Source: the human T2T-CHM13v2.0 reference genome, Homo sapiens. Taken from it: 64,000 nt of DNA. The notes beneath the pieces are model-generated. The model did not search any database and was not told where the DNA came from. It saw only the letters and a program-made list of their open reading frames with translations. The position numbers and the translations under genes are program-made. Positions 1-28,386 of the stretch are shown piece after piece. Positions within the stretch are counted from its first letter, which is position 1; each line of letters begins with the position of its first letter. The stretch is from assembly GCF_009914755.1 (NCBI RefSeq), contig NC_060927.1, one strand, 5' to 3'.

Positions 1-1472
<1,472 letters not shown>

Positions 1473-1690
1473 CTATCACCAGGTAGACAGTGTTTGTTAG
1501 AAGTGAGTTAAATTGTAGGACACTCAGTTGTTATCCACTGGAGAATTGCTTGGTTGTCGACAGGGGGACATCCCCACACATTCTGGTGACCGGAGGGGAA
1601 GTATTCTGTGTTGAGTGTTTTAACTGTGTGAGAGCAGGAAAACACTGTTTTTTTTGTTTTGTTTTGTTTTGTTTTCCCCATCCTTTTCAA
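1473..1690 (+). mobile_element. MER21-like LTR fragment
   Basis: gagttaaattgtaggacactcag...ggagaattgcttgg resembles the recalled MER21 3' part. Confidence 0.5.
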
Positions 1691-1957
1691 AGACTACATT
1701 AAACGCTAAGGAGAAAGGTAGTTCAATGAGAAAGGCAGTTTAAAGACTCCAAATAAAAGATAAAGCTAGATATTTCCTATACCATTCCAAAGCTTGCTTT
1801 GTCATTGTGCTTATACGGCCTTTCCATGTTTTTAAGTGTTATAACTACATTTTGAAATGAAGATCTGTTTTGATAAAAATATGAAAGCTATAAAGAGAAA
1901 TATGTATGCAGCCTAAAAGTCGGACTGACCAAAAAATTCTTTAGAGACTTATGTCTT

Positions 1958-2310
<353 letters not shown>

Positions 2311-4687
2311 TTATGGAATGATAGAATTTTAAAAGGATATGCTAGGTAGGAAACAAATTCTTCGTTACAGGACTCGACTTATTTGAAATAAGAGGAGAAA
2401 AAACAAATGGATGGTTTAAAAGGAAATGTTTGACTGAAGCCTGCTTTCTGTACCCATAGCTACCTGCCCACAAGAATGTGGCTCCCTGGTGACAGCTGCA
2501 CTAATTATAGAAAAACAAGTTGAGTGGAAGAAGATGAATTATGTAAATTTACATTGACTGAGGATCCTGCTGGAGCATTTAGGAATGTTGATTATTAAGA
2601 ATAAAGTGAGGATTTTCTTACATTGAAAATCAATGAAAAGAGGAAGGGATAATTTGCTACAGTCTTAGAATAAACTCTGGATCAGCCAAAATATCATTTA
2701 TTAATGTTACTGTAAATTTGTTGCAGGTGACAGCCATTTTGTGGATTTGAGAGAAACTATCAAGTGGGTTTTAGGCTGCAAATTTACCTTATTTTTTGTT
2801 TATATACGAAATGAAAGGTACCAAAAAAGTCACATTTTTTGTAACCCTTGCTGTTATGTAAAATAGAAGTCTCCAACTATCTCTGCTTGGCTTTATGCAG
2901 ATTTCTTATTTTTAAATATCAACCTAGATTAAAAGCTGATGATTAGAAAATAAAGAATGGAAAGCCAACCTTCCACAAGAAAACATTTTTTTGTGTGTTT
3001 CCAAAAATGGTCCATATGAAATCAAACACCTTAATAAACATGCCTAACATGAATCTTTACACCCGTAGAAATGTGACAAACTCAGTTTTAGTGAATATGT
3101 TGCAAAAACAAATAAAACTGGTATTTAACATTTTTCTTAGTGAAATATTACTGAACACTTAATTAACGTGCTGTAATTTTAAATGAATCCATTTTCCTAC
3201 GCAGACACAGTAGAAAAGCAGCTAAATTGTTTCAGTCACCCACTCACTGAACAGACGAAACAAAACATAAACCCAACCATGTATTATTTGTTACATATCA
3301 GGAAGGTTAAGGTTCTGCCACAGAAACCGCACAATTCCAGTTCGTAGGGAATGTTCTTTTCTCACTCTGCATCAGATCATCACACTTCCAGTAAGTAGAG
3401 AAAGCACTGTTACATCGGGGTCAGAAAACTGTGCTAATGCAAAATGTCCTGTGTTTACTGCCATTTTTAATTCCCAAATACGTATATTTTAGTGACCTAC
3501 AGTCTAAAACAGAACAGCCAAGCCTTTTTCCAAATGCAGATCTCTCTCACAATTTGCGTTACACAGAAAACCCCTGGGCAGACAAAGGACAGCTTGAGGA
3601 TACCCCAATGTTCACATTTAGCACTGACACAGCACTTTCATCTGTAACGTGCCTTACAAACATTAACTAATTAAAAGAAACAACACCCTGCAAGGTATTT
3701 AGCAGGATGTAAAAATGAAAATCTACAAGCAAGACAGCCAGAATGCATAAATCATGAAGTGTTAAATCAACATGACCTGAAAACCAGCAGGACTCCCTCC
3801 CTCTTTTCTTGCCATGACTGTCTTTTGGGAAGGGCCAGAACTTGATTTTATGCCACGCGAAGACGGGGAGGGGGTGATGTCTGGGTGGAGGTGGGTGGGA
3901 GGACTGTAATAAAATTCTAAGTATCACATTTGCAAAGGGGAAGTGTTCTACTAACTCAGAGAAGGGGCTTCAAGAATATAACCCTTTTAGAAGTGCCCCA
4001 GAGAATACAAAATCAATACAGTGTTTAATTAATCTACTACAGATTGACTTCACATAAAGCAGCCCCAACCAGGAGAGTTCCATGCTGGGAAATCAGACAG
4101 ATCACGGTTGGAGAGTATGAGTGGCCTGTATAATATGCATTTTTTGTCCTTTCGGGAGATGGAGGAGGGCACCGTGACTGCCCTGTGGTCTGACTGCACA
4201 GACTTTGCTCGCTTGCTCTATGAAAGCGTCCTCAGTAGGTAACAGCATTACAAAACAGTAAGTGAAATGAGCTCAGTAGCTTTTAGAAGAGGCAATGAGT
4301 GTTGTTCAGAAGAATTTGTGGTTCGGGGCTCTGGAGGAAGAGAAGGATTCTTTGGCCTGATGGAAAGATGACTGAAAAAAAGGAAAAAAAAAAAAAAAGA
4401 CTGGGATTCTAACTAGTTCTATGACTCCATTTCTTCATGTTTGATATAGTTTAATAAGCTCTACCTCAAAGTAGGTGCTAGAAAATTAAATGAAATGGAC
4501 GTAAAAGTGCTTAACTGAAAAGTAGATGTTTAATGAGTTGTAATTCACTTCTTACCGCCTTGGGTGTACTGCGGAGATGAGGCAGGTTCAGTTATGTCTC
4601 AACCCCAAGAAGTCTGTCATCAGAAGCAGTTCTAGAGGCAGCACTTGTCTCATATATCCGCTAATATCCAGGACCTAATACCTGGGA

Positions 4688-5005
4688 GCTGTGTTGTCCA
4701 CCATGGTGGCCATGAGCCACATGTACTACTATTGAGCACTTGCAATGTAGCCAGTCCAAATTGAGATGTGGTGCCACTGTAAACTACATGCTATATTTTG
4801 AAGACTTAGTTGAAAAAATGAAAAATATTTCATTTATAATTTTGATGTTGGTTACTTGTTGAAATGAGAATATTTTGGACATACTGGATTAAATATAATA
4901 TTAAAATTAATTTCACTTTTTTAAAAAATTGTGGCTATGGAAGACTTAAAGTTACACATGAAGCTCACATTTGTGGCTCACATTATGTTTCTATTGGACA
5001 GCATT
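4688..5005. mobile_element. MER33-like hAT-Charlie MITE
   Basis: Ends gctgtgttgtcca / ttggacagca; ~320 bp with a typical AT-rich body. Confidence 0.65.
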
Positions 5006-5160
5006 ACCCTAGAACATAAGTCTCAAATATATTGGATCACATACTTCATCAGTTTAAAAAAAGTTTTAGAATGCATTCCCAAATATGCCAAATTTTTGTT
5101 TATAAAAATACTATATATACATTTGAGAAAGCATGCAAAAATAGAAAGCAAAAAGAATGA

Positions 5161-5316
5161 AGCTGGGGATGGTGGCGCATACCTGTAATCCCAGCTACTC
5201 AGGAGGGTGAAGAGGGAGGATAGCTTGAGCCCAGGAGCTGGAGGCTGCAGTGAGGAATGAATGGGCCACTGCACTCCAGACTGGGCAACAGAGTGAGAAC
5301 CCAGCTAAAAAAAAAA
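5161..5316 (+). mobile_element. Alu monomer (FRAM/FLAM-like)
   Basis: Single arm with A tail. Confidence 0.8.
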
Positions 5317-6318
5317 GAGAATAGAAGTCCTAATATCTTCTTCCCACACCCCGTTGATCATCCTGTGTACCCCTGAGATGTGCACATGCCTCTTTGGAGC
5401 TGCTACTTTAGAACTGGCTCTTGATGAGGCAAAAGACCCACCTGTCACACTCCTTTGCCGAGGAGGGAAACTGGGTAATTGGAGAGAATCAAAATTAAAA
5501 TAAAAATTGCAACAATACATAGATTACACAAGTACAACCAAAGTAAAATAGTACAAATTTAAAAAAAAAAAAAAGGCTGCCTGTAGGCTCCATCTGGCTA
5601 CAGCTACAGAATTTTGTTTTGGGGATGGGCAAGTGGATGAGGGGCCAAGTAAGAAGTAATGGTTTCTAGCAGGGAAGCTTTTTTAAAGTAGAACATGACA
5701 TAAAATTGGTTAGACGTCTCTTGTTTGAATGAAAGATTGTGGGAGAGGACTAGGGCAGGCCCCAGTTGCTCCTTGCCACCTTCTCTCACCACGCCCCCTA
5801 CAGTAAAGAGGGGCGAGCTCTGGGTTTCCAAAGGTTCTTTAAGTGAAGCTATTTTCCTGATTTTCTCAGATGTGGAGGAGAGGTATGGGGGTGGAGAGAA
5901 GAAAGTGCTGGGAAAGCAGTAACTGCAACCTGAAAAGGCAGCTGTGTCTATGTTTTCAGGTTCTATGAGCAGAGAAATGCAAGTCCCACTCCATGTAGGG
6001 CCCCAAGAGGCAACAAGAACCTTCTGATGAGAGGTTTTAGGGGATGCTAAGATTTGAGGGCAGCAGTGAAAGACTCCTCCCCGCAAGTCTGGCCCAAGAA
6101 CTGAAGAGATTACAGGCTTGGGCAAGGTGTGGGAACCTATGTGCACTGGGGACCAGAGGGTCTGCCCTGTATATTCAAGAATGCATGAGAACATCTGGGA
6201 CTCTTGCATGGCCTTAGGGAGAGAGAGAACCCCCAAATCATGACCGATTAATTTCCTGGCAGCAGAATTATTTGAATTAGAGACACATAAAAGTGTGATT
6301 TTTAAAATTTAAAATATC

Positions 6319-7209
<891 letters not shown>

Positions 7210-7915
7210 AACTTTTTGGGTTTTCCTACAGTTAATAAGTACCTTAAAACAAAAATTTTGCTTGGTTTTCTATTTACCTATTTACCAATTCACCATCAAA
7301 ACGTCTCACTAAATGATAAATCTCTCTCAACATGTTCAAACATTAGGAAATGTGTCATTTTCTGTCACTTCTCATCCTCCTGCGTTAATCTGGACCAGTA
7401 CATGGTTGTGATTCTGCGGCTTCCCTTCACCATCAGTCTCTGTTTGTCCTCTTTGCTTGCATTTTTCATCCTTGTGGGTTTATGCTTATTTTAGACATTT
7501 ACTTCCTTTTTTATGAGGGTTCAGAAATGTACAGATATTATTTTTTTGGGGAGGGCTTATCAGGTACTGGAAACATGACATACCCTAGCCTGAGATGATT
7601 CCAACTATCTGTATACAGTCAGACTTCACAGTGGAAAGAAATGTCCTTGTAAACTCTAGTAATGCTAATTCTGGTCTACAGATACCAGATTTAAGAAACT
7701 CATGACCACTCCTTTTTTAAGTTCTGGAAAGTAGCTCTTAGCTATATGGGAAAGTGAACACTTATGTGGTTGTGGGTCATTCATCTCTAACAACCAAAGG
7801 ACTCTGTGGCAAAAGTGAGAAATCTGAGTCAAAAACAAACTTTAATGGATTAAGACACATAAAATATGCTCATAAGGACACAGAAAACCAAAACCCAAAA
7901 ACTCACTTGTCATAT

Positions 7916-9530
7916 TGAGAGGTGACAACGTGCTAGCAGCCCTGGCTCGCTCTTGGTGTCTCCTCGGCCTTGGTGTCTGCTCTGGCCACGCCTGAGGAGC
8001 CCTTCAGCCTGCCTCTGCACTGTGGGAGCCCCTCTCTGGGCTGGCCGAGGCCAGAGCTGGCTCCCTCTGCTTGCTGGGAGGTGTGGAGAGAGAGGCGCCC
8101 ACGGGAACTGGGGCTGCACGTGGCGCTCGCGGGCCAGTGAATTCTGGCTGGGCACAGGCTCAGTGGGCCCTGCACTCAGAGCGGTCCCGGGCAGTGAGTG
8201 GCTTAGAACCCAGGCCAGCAGCTGTGGAGGGTGCGCTGGATCCTCCAGCACTGCTGGCCCGCCGGCACCACACTTGAGTTCTTGCCGGGTCTCAGCTGCC
8301 TCCCCGTGGGACAGGGCTCGGGACCTACAGCCTGCCATGCCCGAGCCCCCCCACCTCCCGCTCCTGCTCCTGTGCAGCCTGAGTGTCCATGGCGGGCACT
8401 GCCCCCTGCTCCATGGCGCTAGATCCCATCAACTGCCCAAGGGCTGAGGGGTGCGGGCGCCCAGCGTGGGACTGGTGAGCAGCTCCGCCAACAGCCCTGG
8501 CCCGTAGGATCCACTAGGTGAAGCCAGCTGGGCTCCTCAGTCTAGTGGGGACTTGGAGAACTTTTATGTCTAGCTGTAGGATTGCATATGCACCAGTCAG
8601 CACTCTGTGTCTAGCTTGGGTTTCATGGATGCACCAATCAGCACTCTGTATCTAGCTAATCTGATGAGGACTTGGAGAACTTTTATGTCTAGCTGGAGGA
8701 TTTTAAATGCACCAATCAGCACTTTGTGTTTAGCTCAAGGTTTGTAAATACACCAATCAGCACTCTGTGTCTAGCTCAACGTTTGTAAACGCACAAATCA
8801 GCACCCTGTGTCTAGCTCAAGGTTTGTAAACGCACCAATCAGTGCTCTGTGTCTAAATCTAGTGGGGACTTGGAGAACTTTTATGTCTAGCTAGAGGATT
8901 GTAAATGCACCAATCAGCACTCTGTGTCTAGCTCAGGGATTGTAAATGCACCAATCAGCACCCTGTCAAAATGGACCAAACAGCTCTCTGTAAAACGGAC
9001 CAATCATCTCTCTGTAAAATGGACCAATCAGCAGGATGTGGGTGGGGTCAGATAAGGGAATAAAAGCAGGCTGCCCAAGCTAGCAGCAGCAACCAGCTGG
9101 CGTCCCCCTTCTGCAATGTCGAAGCTTTGTTCTTTTGCTCCTTGCAGTAACTCTTGCTGCTGCTCACTGTTTGGGTCTGCGCTACCTTTATGAGCTGTAA
9201 CACTCATCTTGAAGGTCTGCAGGTTCACTCCTGAAGCCAACGAGACTATGAACCCACCGGGAGGGAGGAACAACTCCGGATGGAAGGAAAGAACAACTCC
9301 AGACACACTGCCTTTGAGAGCTGCAATGCTCACCATAAAGGTCTGCAGCTTCACTCCTGAAGCCACCGAGACCACGAATCCACCAGAAGGAAGAAACTGT
9401 GGACACGTCCAAACATCAGAAGTAACAAACTCCGGACACACCATCTTTAAGAGCTGTAACACTCACCGCAAGGGTCTGCAGCTTCATTCTTGAAGTCAGG
9501 GAGACCAAGAACCCACCAATTCTGGACACA
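7916..9530 (+). mobile_element. Solo LTR12 (ERV9 LTR, D/E-like)
   Basis: TGAGAGGTGAC...GGACACA termini, GC-rich 5' part, tandem caccaatcagcactctgtgtctagct enhancer repeats (8 intact CCAAT), gataagggAATAAAAg core promoter at 9059, U5 repeats. Flanks ATAT/ATGT form an imperfect 4-bp TSD. Confidence 0.93.
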
Positions 9531-9599
9531 ATGTTTGGAGGATGTTCACTATCCTGAAAACAGGTAAGCAAAAACAAATAAAACCTCCTTCCTTTCCTG

Positions 9600-12488
<2,889 letters not shown>

Positions 12489-12506
12489 GCCGAGTTTTTA
12501 AAAAAT

Positions 12507-13838
12507 TATTTATTTATTTATTATACTTTAAGTCCTAGGGTACATGTGCACAACGTGCAGGTTTGTTACGTAAGTATACATGTGCCATGTTGGTTTGCTG
12601 CACCCATTAACTCTTCATTTACATTAGGTATTTCTCCTAATGCTATCCCTCCCCCAGCCCCCCAGCCCACAACAGGCCCCGGGGTGTGATGTTCCCCACC
12701 CTATGTCCCAGTGTTCTCATTGTTCAATTCCCACCTATGAGTGAGAACATGTGGTGTTTGGTTTTCTGTCTTCGTGATAGTTTGCTGAGAATGATGGTTT
12801 CCAGCGTCATCCATGTCCCTGCAAAGGACATGAACTCATCCTTTTATTATGGGTGCATAGTATTCCATGGTGTATATGTGCCACATTTTCTTAATCCAGT
12901 CTATCGTTGATGGACAGTTGGGTTGGTTCCAAGTCTTTGCTATTGTGAATAGTGCCACAATAAACATACGTGTGCATGTGTCTTTATAGTAGCATGATTT
13001 ATCATCCTTTGGGTATATACCCAGTAATGGGATGGCAAGGTTAAATGGTATGTCTGGTTCTAGATCCTTGAAGAATCGCCACACTGTTTTCCACAATGGT
13101 TGAACTAGTTTACACTCTCACCAATAGTATAAAAGCATTCGTATTTCTCCACATCCTCTCCAGCATCTGTTGTTTCCTTTTTAATGATCGCCTGACTTTT
13201 TAATGATCTGTTGTTTCCTGACTTTTTAATGATCGCCATTTTAACTGGCGTGAGATGGTATCTCATTGTGGTTTTGATTTGCATTTCTCTGATGACCAGA
13301 TATGATGAGCATTTTTCATGTGTCTGTTGGCTGCATAAATGTCTTCTTTTGAGAAGTGTCTGTTCATATCCTTTGCCCACTTTTTGATGGTTTTTTTTTT
13401 CTTGTAAATTTGTTTAGGTTCTTTTTAGATTCTGGATATTAGCCTTTTGTCAGATGGGTAGATTGCAAAAATTTTCTCCCATTCTGTAGGTTGCCTGTTC
13501 ACTCTGATGGTAGTTTCTTTTGCTGTGCAGAAGCTCTTTAGTTTAATTAGATCCCATTTGTCAATTGTGGCTCTTGTTGCCATTGCTTTTGGTGTTTTAG
13601 TCATGAAGTCCTTGCCCATGCCTATGTCCTGAATGGTATTGCCTAGGTTTTCTTCTAGGGTTTTTAGGGTTTTAGGTCTAACATTTAAGTCTTTAATCCA
13701 TCTCGAATTAATTTTTGTATAAGGTGTAAGGAAGGGATCCAGCTTCAGCTTTCTACATATGGCTAGCCAGTTTTCCCAGCACCATTTATTAAGTAGGTAA
13801 TCCTTTCCCCATTTCTTGTTTTTGTCAGGTTTGTCAAA
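12507..13838 (-). mobile_element. 5'-truncated L1PA (ORF2 C-terminus plus 3'UTR)
   Basis: Typical 3' end ttattatactttaag...gtacatgtgcacaacgtgcagg. Minus-strand ORFs ([31 protein letters not shown]) are broken ORF2 pieces. Confidence 0.95.
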
Positions 13839-14133
13839 TAATTCTTTTAAATTCTTTTAAAGCATTCTTTTAAATGCTAAAAATTATCAGAAGGTGAGAG
13901 GAAACTGTTACAAAAAAAAGAATTTAGGCTGTGTTTCAATATTTTGCTCATCAGGTAAGATTATTATTTATTGGTGGGTTAGCAGAAAAACTCAATGTAT
14001 CAACTTCTGCACTGTCAAGAACGAATACTTATTGAGACTACTATGTAAAGGAACCACAGCAAACCTTGAGGACACAGATATGAAGAAGATGCAGTTTCTG
14101 CCCTGCCAGATTGTACATGGTAGATGAAGGTTT

Positions 14134-17783
<3,650 letters not shown>

Positions 17784-19914
17784 AGAAGCTCTTTTTAAAT
17801 TGGCTTTGATGTAATTCTGTTCCATAGAAAGAATTTTAGATAAGACTTTTTTAAAGCTGAGCCCAACTATGGGTTTGTAACCTCAAATACATATGAGTTG
17901 GGTAAATTTCTTTCCTCTTGAGGTCCAAAATAACTTGGGGCTCCTGGACCTGTCAGAAAGTGACATTCTTTACTCACCACAGGTCAGAAACCCTGCACAG
18001 GGACTGTTGTAGGCAAGGTATGAGGCCACTTCCCCACAGGGCTTTCATTGGCTCTATAAGTCAAGTTTAATTCCCTAAAGAAAAACACACCATTCCAGTC
18101 AAAGCCTTGGCAAAATAACCAATTTCTCCAGTTGCGTCCTGTTACAAAAGAAAACAGATTCTTATTGCACCTATGCAAATAACTATATTGCTATAAGTTA
18201 AGAATACTCAACAACTACTTTCCAAATTTGGGAGAAATCAGGTAGAGAGAAACAAATATGCTCCAAATTTGTTCATAGGAATATACTCAACTGTTAAAAG
18301 CTATAAATAGCTCGAAAGAAAAGTTTTCTTGACTCTGAAAAACAAAACAAAGGATCAGCAGCGTTTTAAGCAAAGTTAAAAAGATTAGACTTCTTCAGTT
18401 TAGCCCATGTAGTTAACTTCTATTTGATAGTTACTAACATTTTAGTTCTCTATGAGAGTTCTGAAAGCTTTTTCCTCTATTTTGATGTCACAGTCTCCAA
18501 AGTTACAGAAAAACCTGCATTTAAGAACACCTGTTAGAGTTCTATAATTGATTATAAACCACCTTCTAAAGAGGATTAAAACAAGACAACACTTGTCTGT
18601 GGAAGATAAAAAGTTTTAGGATAGCCGCTATTAAAGCCACAATTGACAAGGAAATTTGGTTACTTCTGTGGCACACAAAATTTTACATAACAATTATAAT
18701 TTCTGATAACATACACTAAGTCATATTAGAATTACAGGAGTTTCCATAACTTTGGAACTTATACCAATAACACATTTATGCAAATATAGTCCAAAGAAAG
18801 CAAAATACCATTCCACATTTGATAATGCTTCCTGTATGATTCTTATACCAAATAAGCCAAATTTCACCTTCACATTAATGTACTATTAATGTTAAACCCA
18901 ATTTTTAATAAAACCTTATAGACATATTTACCCAATTTTAATGTTTAGCCGTAAGGTAAGATTCTTATAAACCTTTTATAACCCCTTCTTTTTTTTTTTT
19001 TTTTTTTGTGAAAGAGCAGATTAGTGCTCTAAGAAAAACCTGTTGTGCTTTTATTCCAATATTTAATTTATGGAAAAACTGAATAATACCCCTTTAACTT
19101 TAGTCAACATGTTCACATACAGAATTTCTTAAAATTAATTTTTATAAACCTTCCATAACTTGTTTAAACCTTTAGCTTTACTCTAAGTTAAAACAATTCT
19201 TTAACCCTTTAGGCAATAAAACCATATTCCCATGCCTTGTTATAATCTTTTACCAAAAGTACATTCTACTTTCCTTAGACATCTTACATGTAAAATTGTT
19301 TATTCAATAGTCTCAATTACATGTCACAATGTTAACTTTTAGCCACTTCTACTTTTGGTGAAAACCCTGGTTAGTAAGCCATTTTAATTGTGTACTAGGT
19401 GTGAAGCTTAGCCTAGGACATACCACACAGAAGTGCAGATAAGGGCTGACTCTCCAGCATAGCTAGGGGGCAAGGCTAACTCCACACAGCCCCAGGCCTT
19501 ACCTTACTTAAGCAGGCAAGTTGTACAGTAAGAGTCATAGTGGCATTTTATGAAGCATTTAGGAGACCTAACAACCTTTGAATTGTACATTTCTTGCATA
19601 AATTCCCTTTCACGACTTACACAGACCATCTGAGACATTCTTGGACTTTGTGACTTGCCCTAAACTTCCCTCCTTTTAAACAACCCATCAATTTACTTTA
19701 GAACAAGAATTTATCACACAAGATCTTTTCTTACATAAAATCTCTTTCTTTATAATCTTCTTTGTATAGCTAGGGGGCATGGCTAATTCCACATGTCTGC
19801 AGGCCTTATCTAGAATCTAATGGCTTTAAGATATCCATTGAACAATTTTTAAAAGTTAAAGAAGCAGTTTATGACCTTAAAGCATTTAGCAAACTTAATA
19901 TTTGACCTGTATAA

Positions 19915-21072
<1,158 letters not shown>

Positions 21073-21405
21073 TGGTTTTTAAGTTTCTTAATTGCATTAA
21101 TGGCTTTATGGTGGAGCCCTTGGAAGAACATGGCCAGGAAAGGGGTCTCCTGTGCCTCCTGTTTTTCCCAAGGAGTCCAGGCTGTTAGAGCTTGAATATC
21201 CACTTTTAATTATACTGATTTTAACCATAGCACTCTTTATTAAAGTTCCTTTAGAATTTCTTATGCCAAATGGCAGATATTTCTGGCTTTTTAAACTTAC
21301 CAAAGGTAATCTCCCAGGTACATAGAGAAAGGAAAATGTAAGACAGTCTGTGGAGGAGAAGAGAATAGACAAGTTTACGCAGATATTAAACCAGAAACGA
21401 CTTAC

Positions 21406-21477
21406 TTCCTAGGTGGGGAATCAAACCTGGACCACCACTGTGAAAGTGTAAAATCTCAGCTTCTGAGCTACAGCATG
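21406..21477 (-). pseudogene. Decayed tRNA-Glu(TTC)-like sequence inside the ERV internal region
   Basis: Minus strand has A-box-like TAGCTCAGAAG, anticodon loop CT-TTC-AC and B-box-like GGTTTGATTCC. About two thirds of positions match a recalled tRNA-Glu-TTC without gaps, mostly by transitions. Confidence 0.55.
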
Positions 21478-22230
21478 GGCAGTCCCCACTTCTTTTCCTG
21501 GAACGAGCCTAGAGTAGTTAATTTTGAGCTTCCAAAGGCTTTTTAACAATTTAATATGATTTTTAGAGATGAATATGATATAAATCCTAAAATTCCTGTT
21601 CCCTGATGGCAGAGACCAAAATAAAGTACTGCCACATGGTTAAAAGGTCAGGCTCCCAAGAACATAAAAAAACGTGGAGACTTCATCCAGTTTTTTTGTT
21701 TCAGGGAGCTGCAGCCAAGCTTGTTACTGACCAGCTTGCTGGGTGGTCTTGAAAAGTGGGCTTACAGGTGTTCCAAGTCCGTGTTTTATCCTAAAGTACC
21801 CTTCAACACAGAAAAACAAATTCATAGCACAAAATACACCAGCTTAAGATTAGCCTTAGAATTCTTTTCACATTAATCAAAACTTTACAGAGGAAATAAG
21901 CACTGGTTTTTGTTTGTTTGTTTGTTTGTTTTGTTTTGTTTTAACCATTCATCAAACCATCTGTACAGAGAGATAAGCCAGAAATCTGACTGGTAGGAAA
22001 ATTCTTACCCTTTTGCCAGCACACCAGGCTTCTGGGTTCCCTTTCCCTGAGCAGCACTACTGATCAGGCTTGTGGCACCATCGCCCTGGGGGCCAAGCCG
22101 CATCATAAAGGGAAATTACATTTTTTTTCATTTTGGCCAGAGCAAAATATGTGTGATAAAACATAGACATTAGCCACTCTGCTTAGCAACCAATATCAAA
22201 CTGACAAGGCTTAAATTTGCCCCCAGATGA

Positions 22231-24844
<2,614 letters not shown>

Positions 24845-25440
24845 ATACCACTTGTAAGTCAAAGTTATGAAGAAAAGAAGGTGTACTTGGCTACCTGGGA
24901 GCCTGAGGACTTTCTGGTTGCAGTTACGGTTTTCCTTATAATCCACCACCTCCATGTGACTTAAAGCTAATGGAATGGATATCTACTCATTAACCAAAAT
25001 TATCTGATTAAATTATATGGACAGGATGGATGAAAATAATGACAAAGTTTTTTGGTTTTTTTTTTTTTCTCTCTCTCTCTTTTAGTTCTGAGATCCTCTT
25101 GGTACAAATACTTTGTACTAAGATGAAAGTCATCTTAGTGTTTATAAGGTGGACATGGCACTTCTATTTGTACGCAAAAGGAATCAACAAATGACATATT
25201 AACCAGAACTTTCAGTTTATCTTTCTCTTATCCTGGACTTCTCTCTTTCCCTCCCTCTCTCCTTCCCCTCTTTCTTCCCTGTCTCATAGCTGAAATGAGA
25301 GCAATGAGAAATTTAAGATGGGAAATAAAATCAAACTAAGGGTATAGTCAACACACAATCGCAGCTAGCGGTAGCCTACAAGTGTGATCCTGAGCTTCTA
25401 AGGAGCTGGGGAAAAAATGTGATTAATAAGAATCCTCTTA

Positions 25441-26909
<1,469 letters not shown>

Positions 26910-27828
26910 ATCATTAAATAAAGGTATTATATAGAGCTTTATTTGAGAAACTGGTTTATCTAAAAATTGACAAAGTGGTTGATGGAACTTCAGGGTAGTA
27001 ATTTCACATTTACATTAACCTTTAATGAGACCATGTGGTTTCTTTAAAATCTATATTACCTGTGCAAAAGAAACCTATTCATTAGAAATCCAGTCTCTGA
27101 TTTTGGCAACAGAGCCAATATTTATTTCCCACAGAGGCCAATTCTAGTAAGCTTTAAATCCAGGATAGTTAACTTCGTGAGAATAGTATCAACACTTATT
27201 TCCCCTGCTGTCAATTGAAAGAATATGTTGACCACCTACCGTAACTAATTTAACTGGGAAGTGGTTGAAACATTAATGAATAAAACAACAGTGTTGTTAA
27301 CATTTTTTTCTGGAAAATAACTTTAATACATTAGGCATATTTGCAAATAATCATTTTACTGCCTGAGGTTTTAATATATAACTTAATATATAACTCATTT
27401 ATAAGGGAAAATGCATAAATTCCACTTGGCTAACTAACTCCGTCTTTTCCTGTTAAATTATAAAAAGAGAAAGTCTAATTGGCCTAATTAATCAGTATTA
27501 ACCCTCTGGGCTGGGCTTTTTGGGTCAGGCTAAGTCTAGGTTTTTGGTTAGACTATGGTTCTGGTCCCTGCTCCTGACTCATTCAGCAACCATCCTTTGC
27601 TCAGAGAATACCCTAAGGCCAGAGTAAGTGAGTGAGATGGTTTCTGTTAGAAGAGGATGGAGGAGTTGCATGCATCATGATTGAAATAATTCAATTAGAA
27701 AGTTTCTAATTTTTTGTTATGGTAAATGCCGTTGATGCACATATTTGTTATACATCTTTTAGCATTTTTTCCACTCTCTTTGTTAGGATACATTTCTTGG
27801 AATAATTGTTGAGTCAAAGGATTTGAAA

Positions 27829-28386
<558 letters not shown>

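Noticed and set aside
5604-6236. 210-aa minus-strand ORF
   Set aside because: Non-ATG start, no recognisable homology and no splice or promoter support.
8585-9030. Regularly spaced ~41-bp repeats resembling a CRISPR-like array
   Set aside because: These are the LTR12 CCAAT enhancer repeats; there are no unique spacers and the context is eukaryotic.
7910-9493. ORFs of 63-164 aa within LTR12
   Set aside because: They lie in LTR enhancer and U5 repeats, not in retroviral genes.
12836-13619. ORF2-like peptides
   Set aside because: Frameshifted pieces of a truncated L1; not functional.
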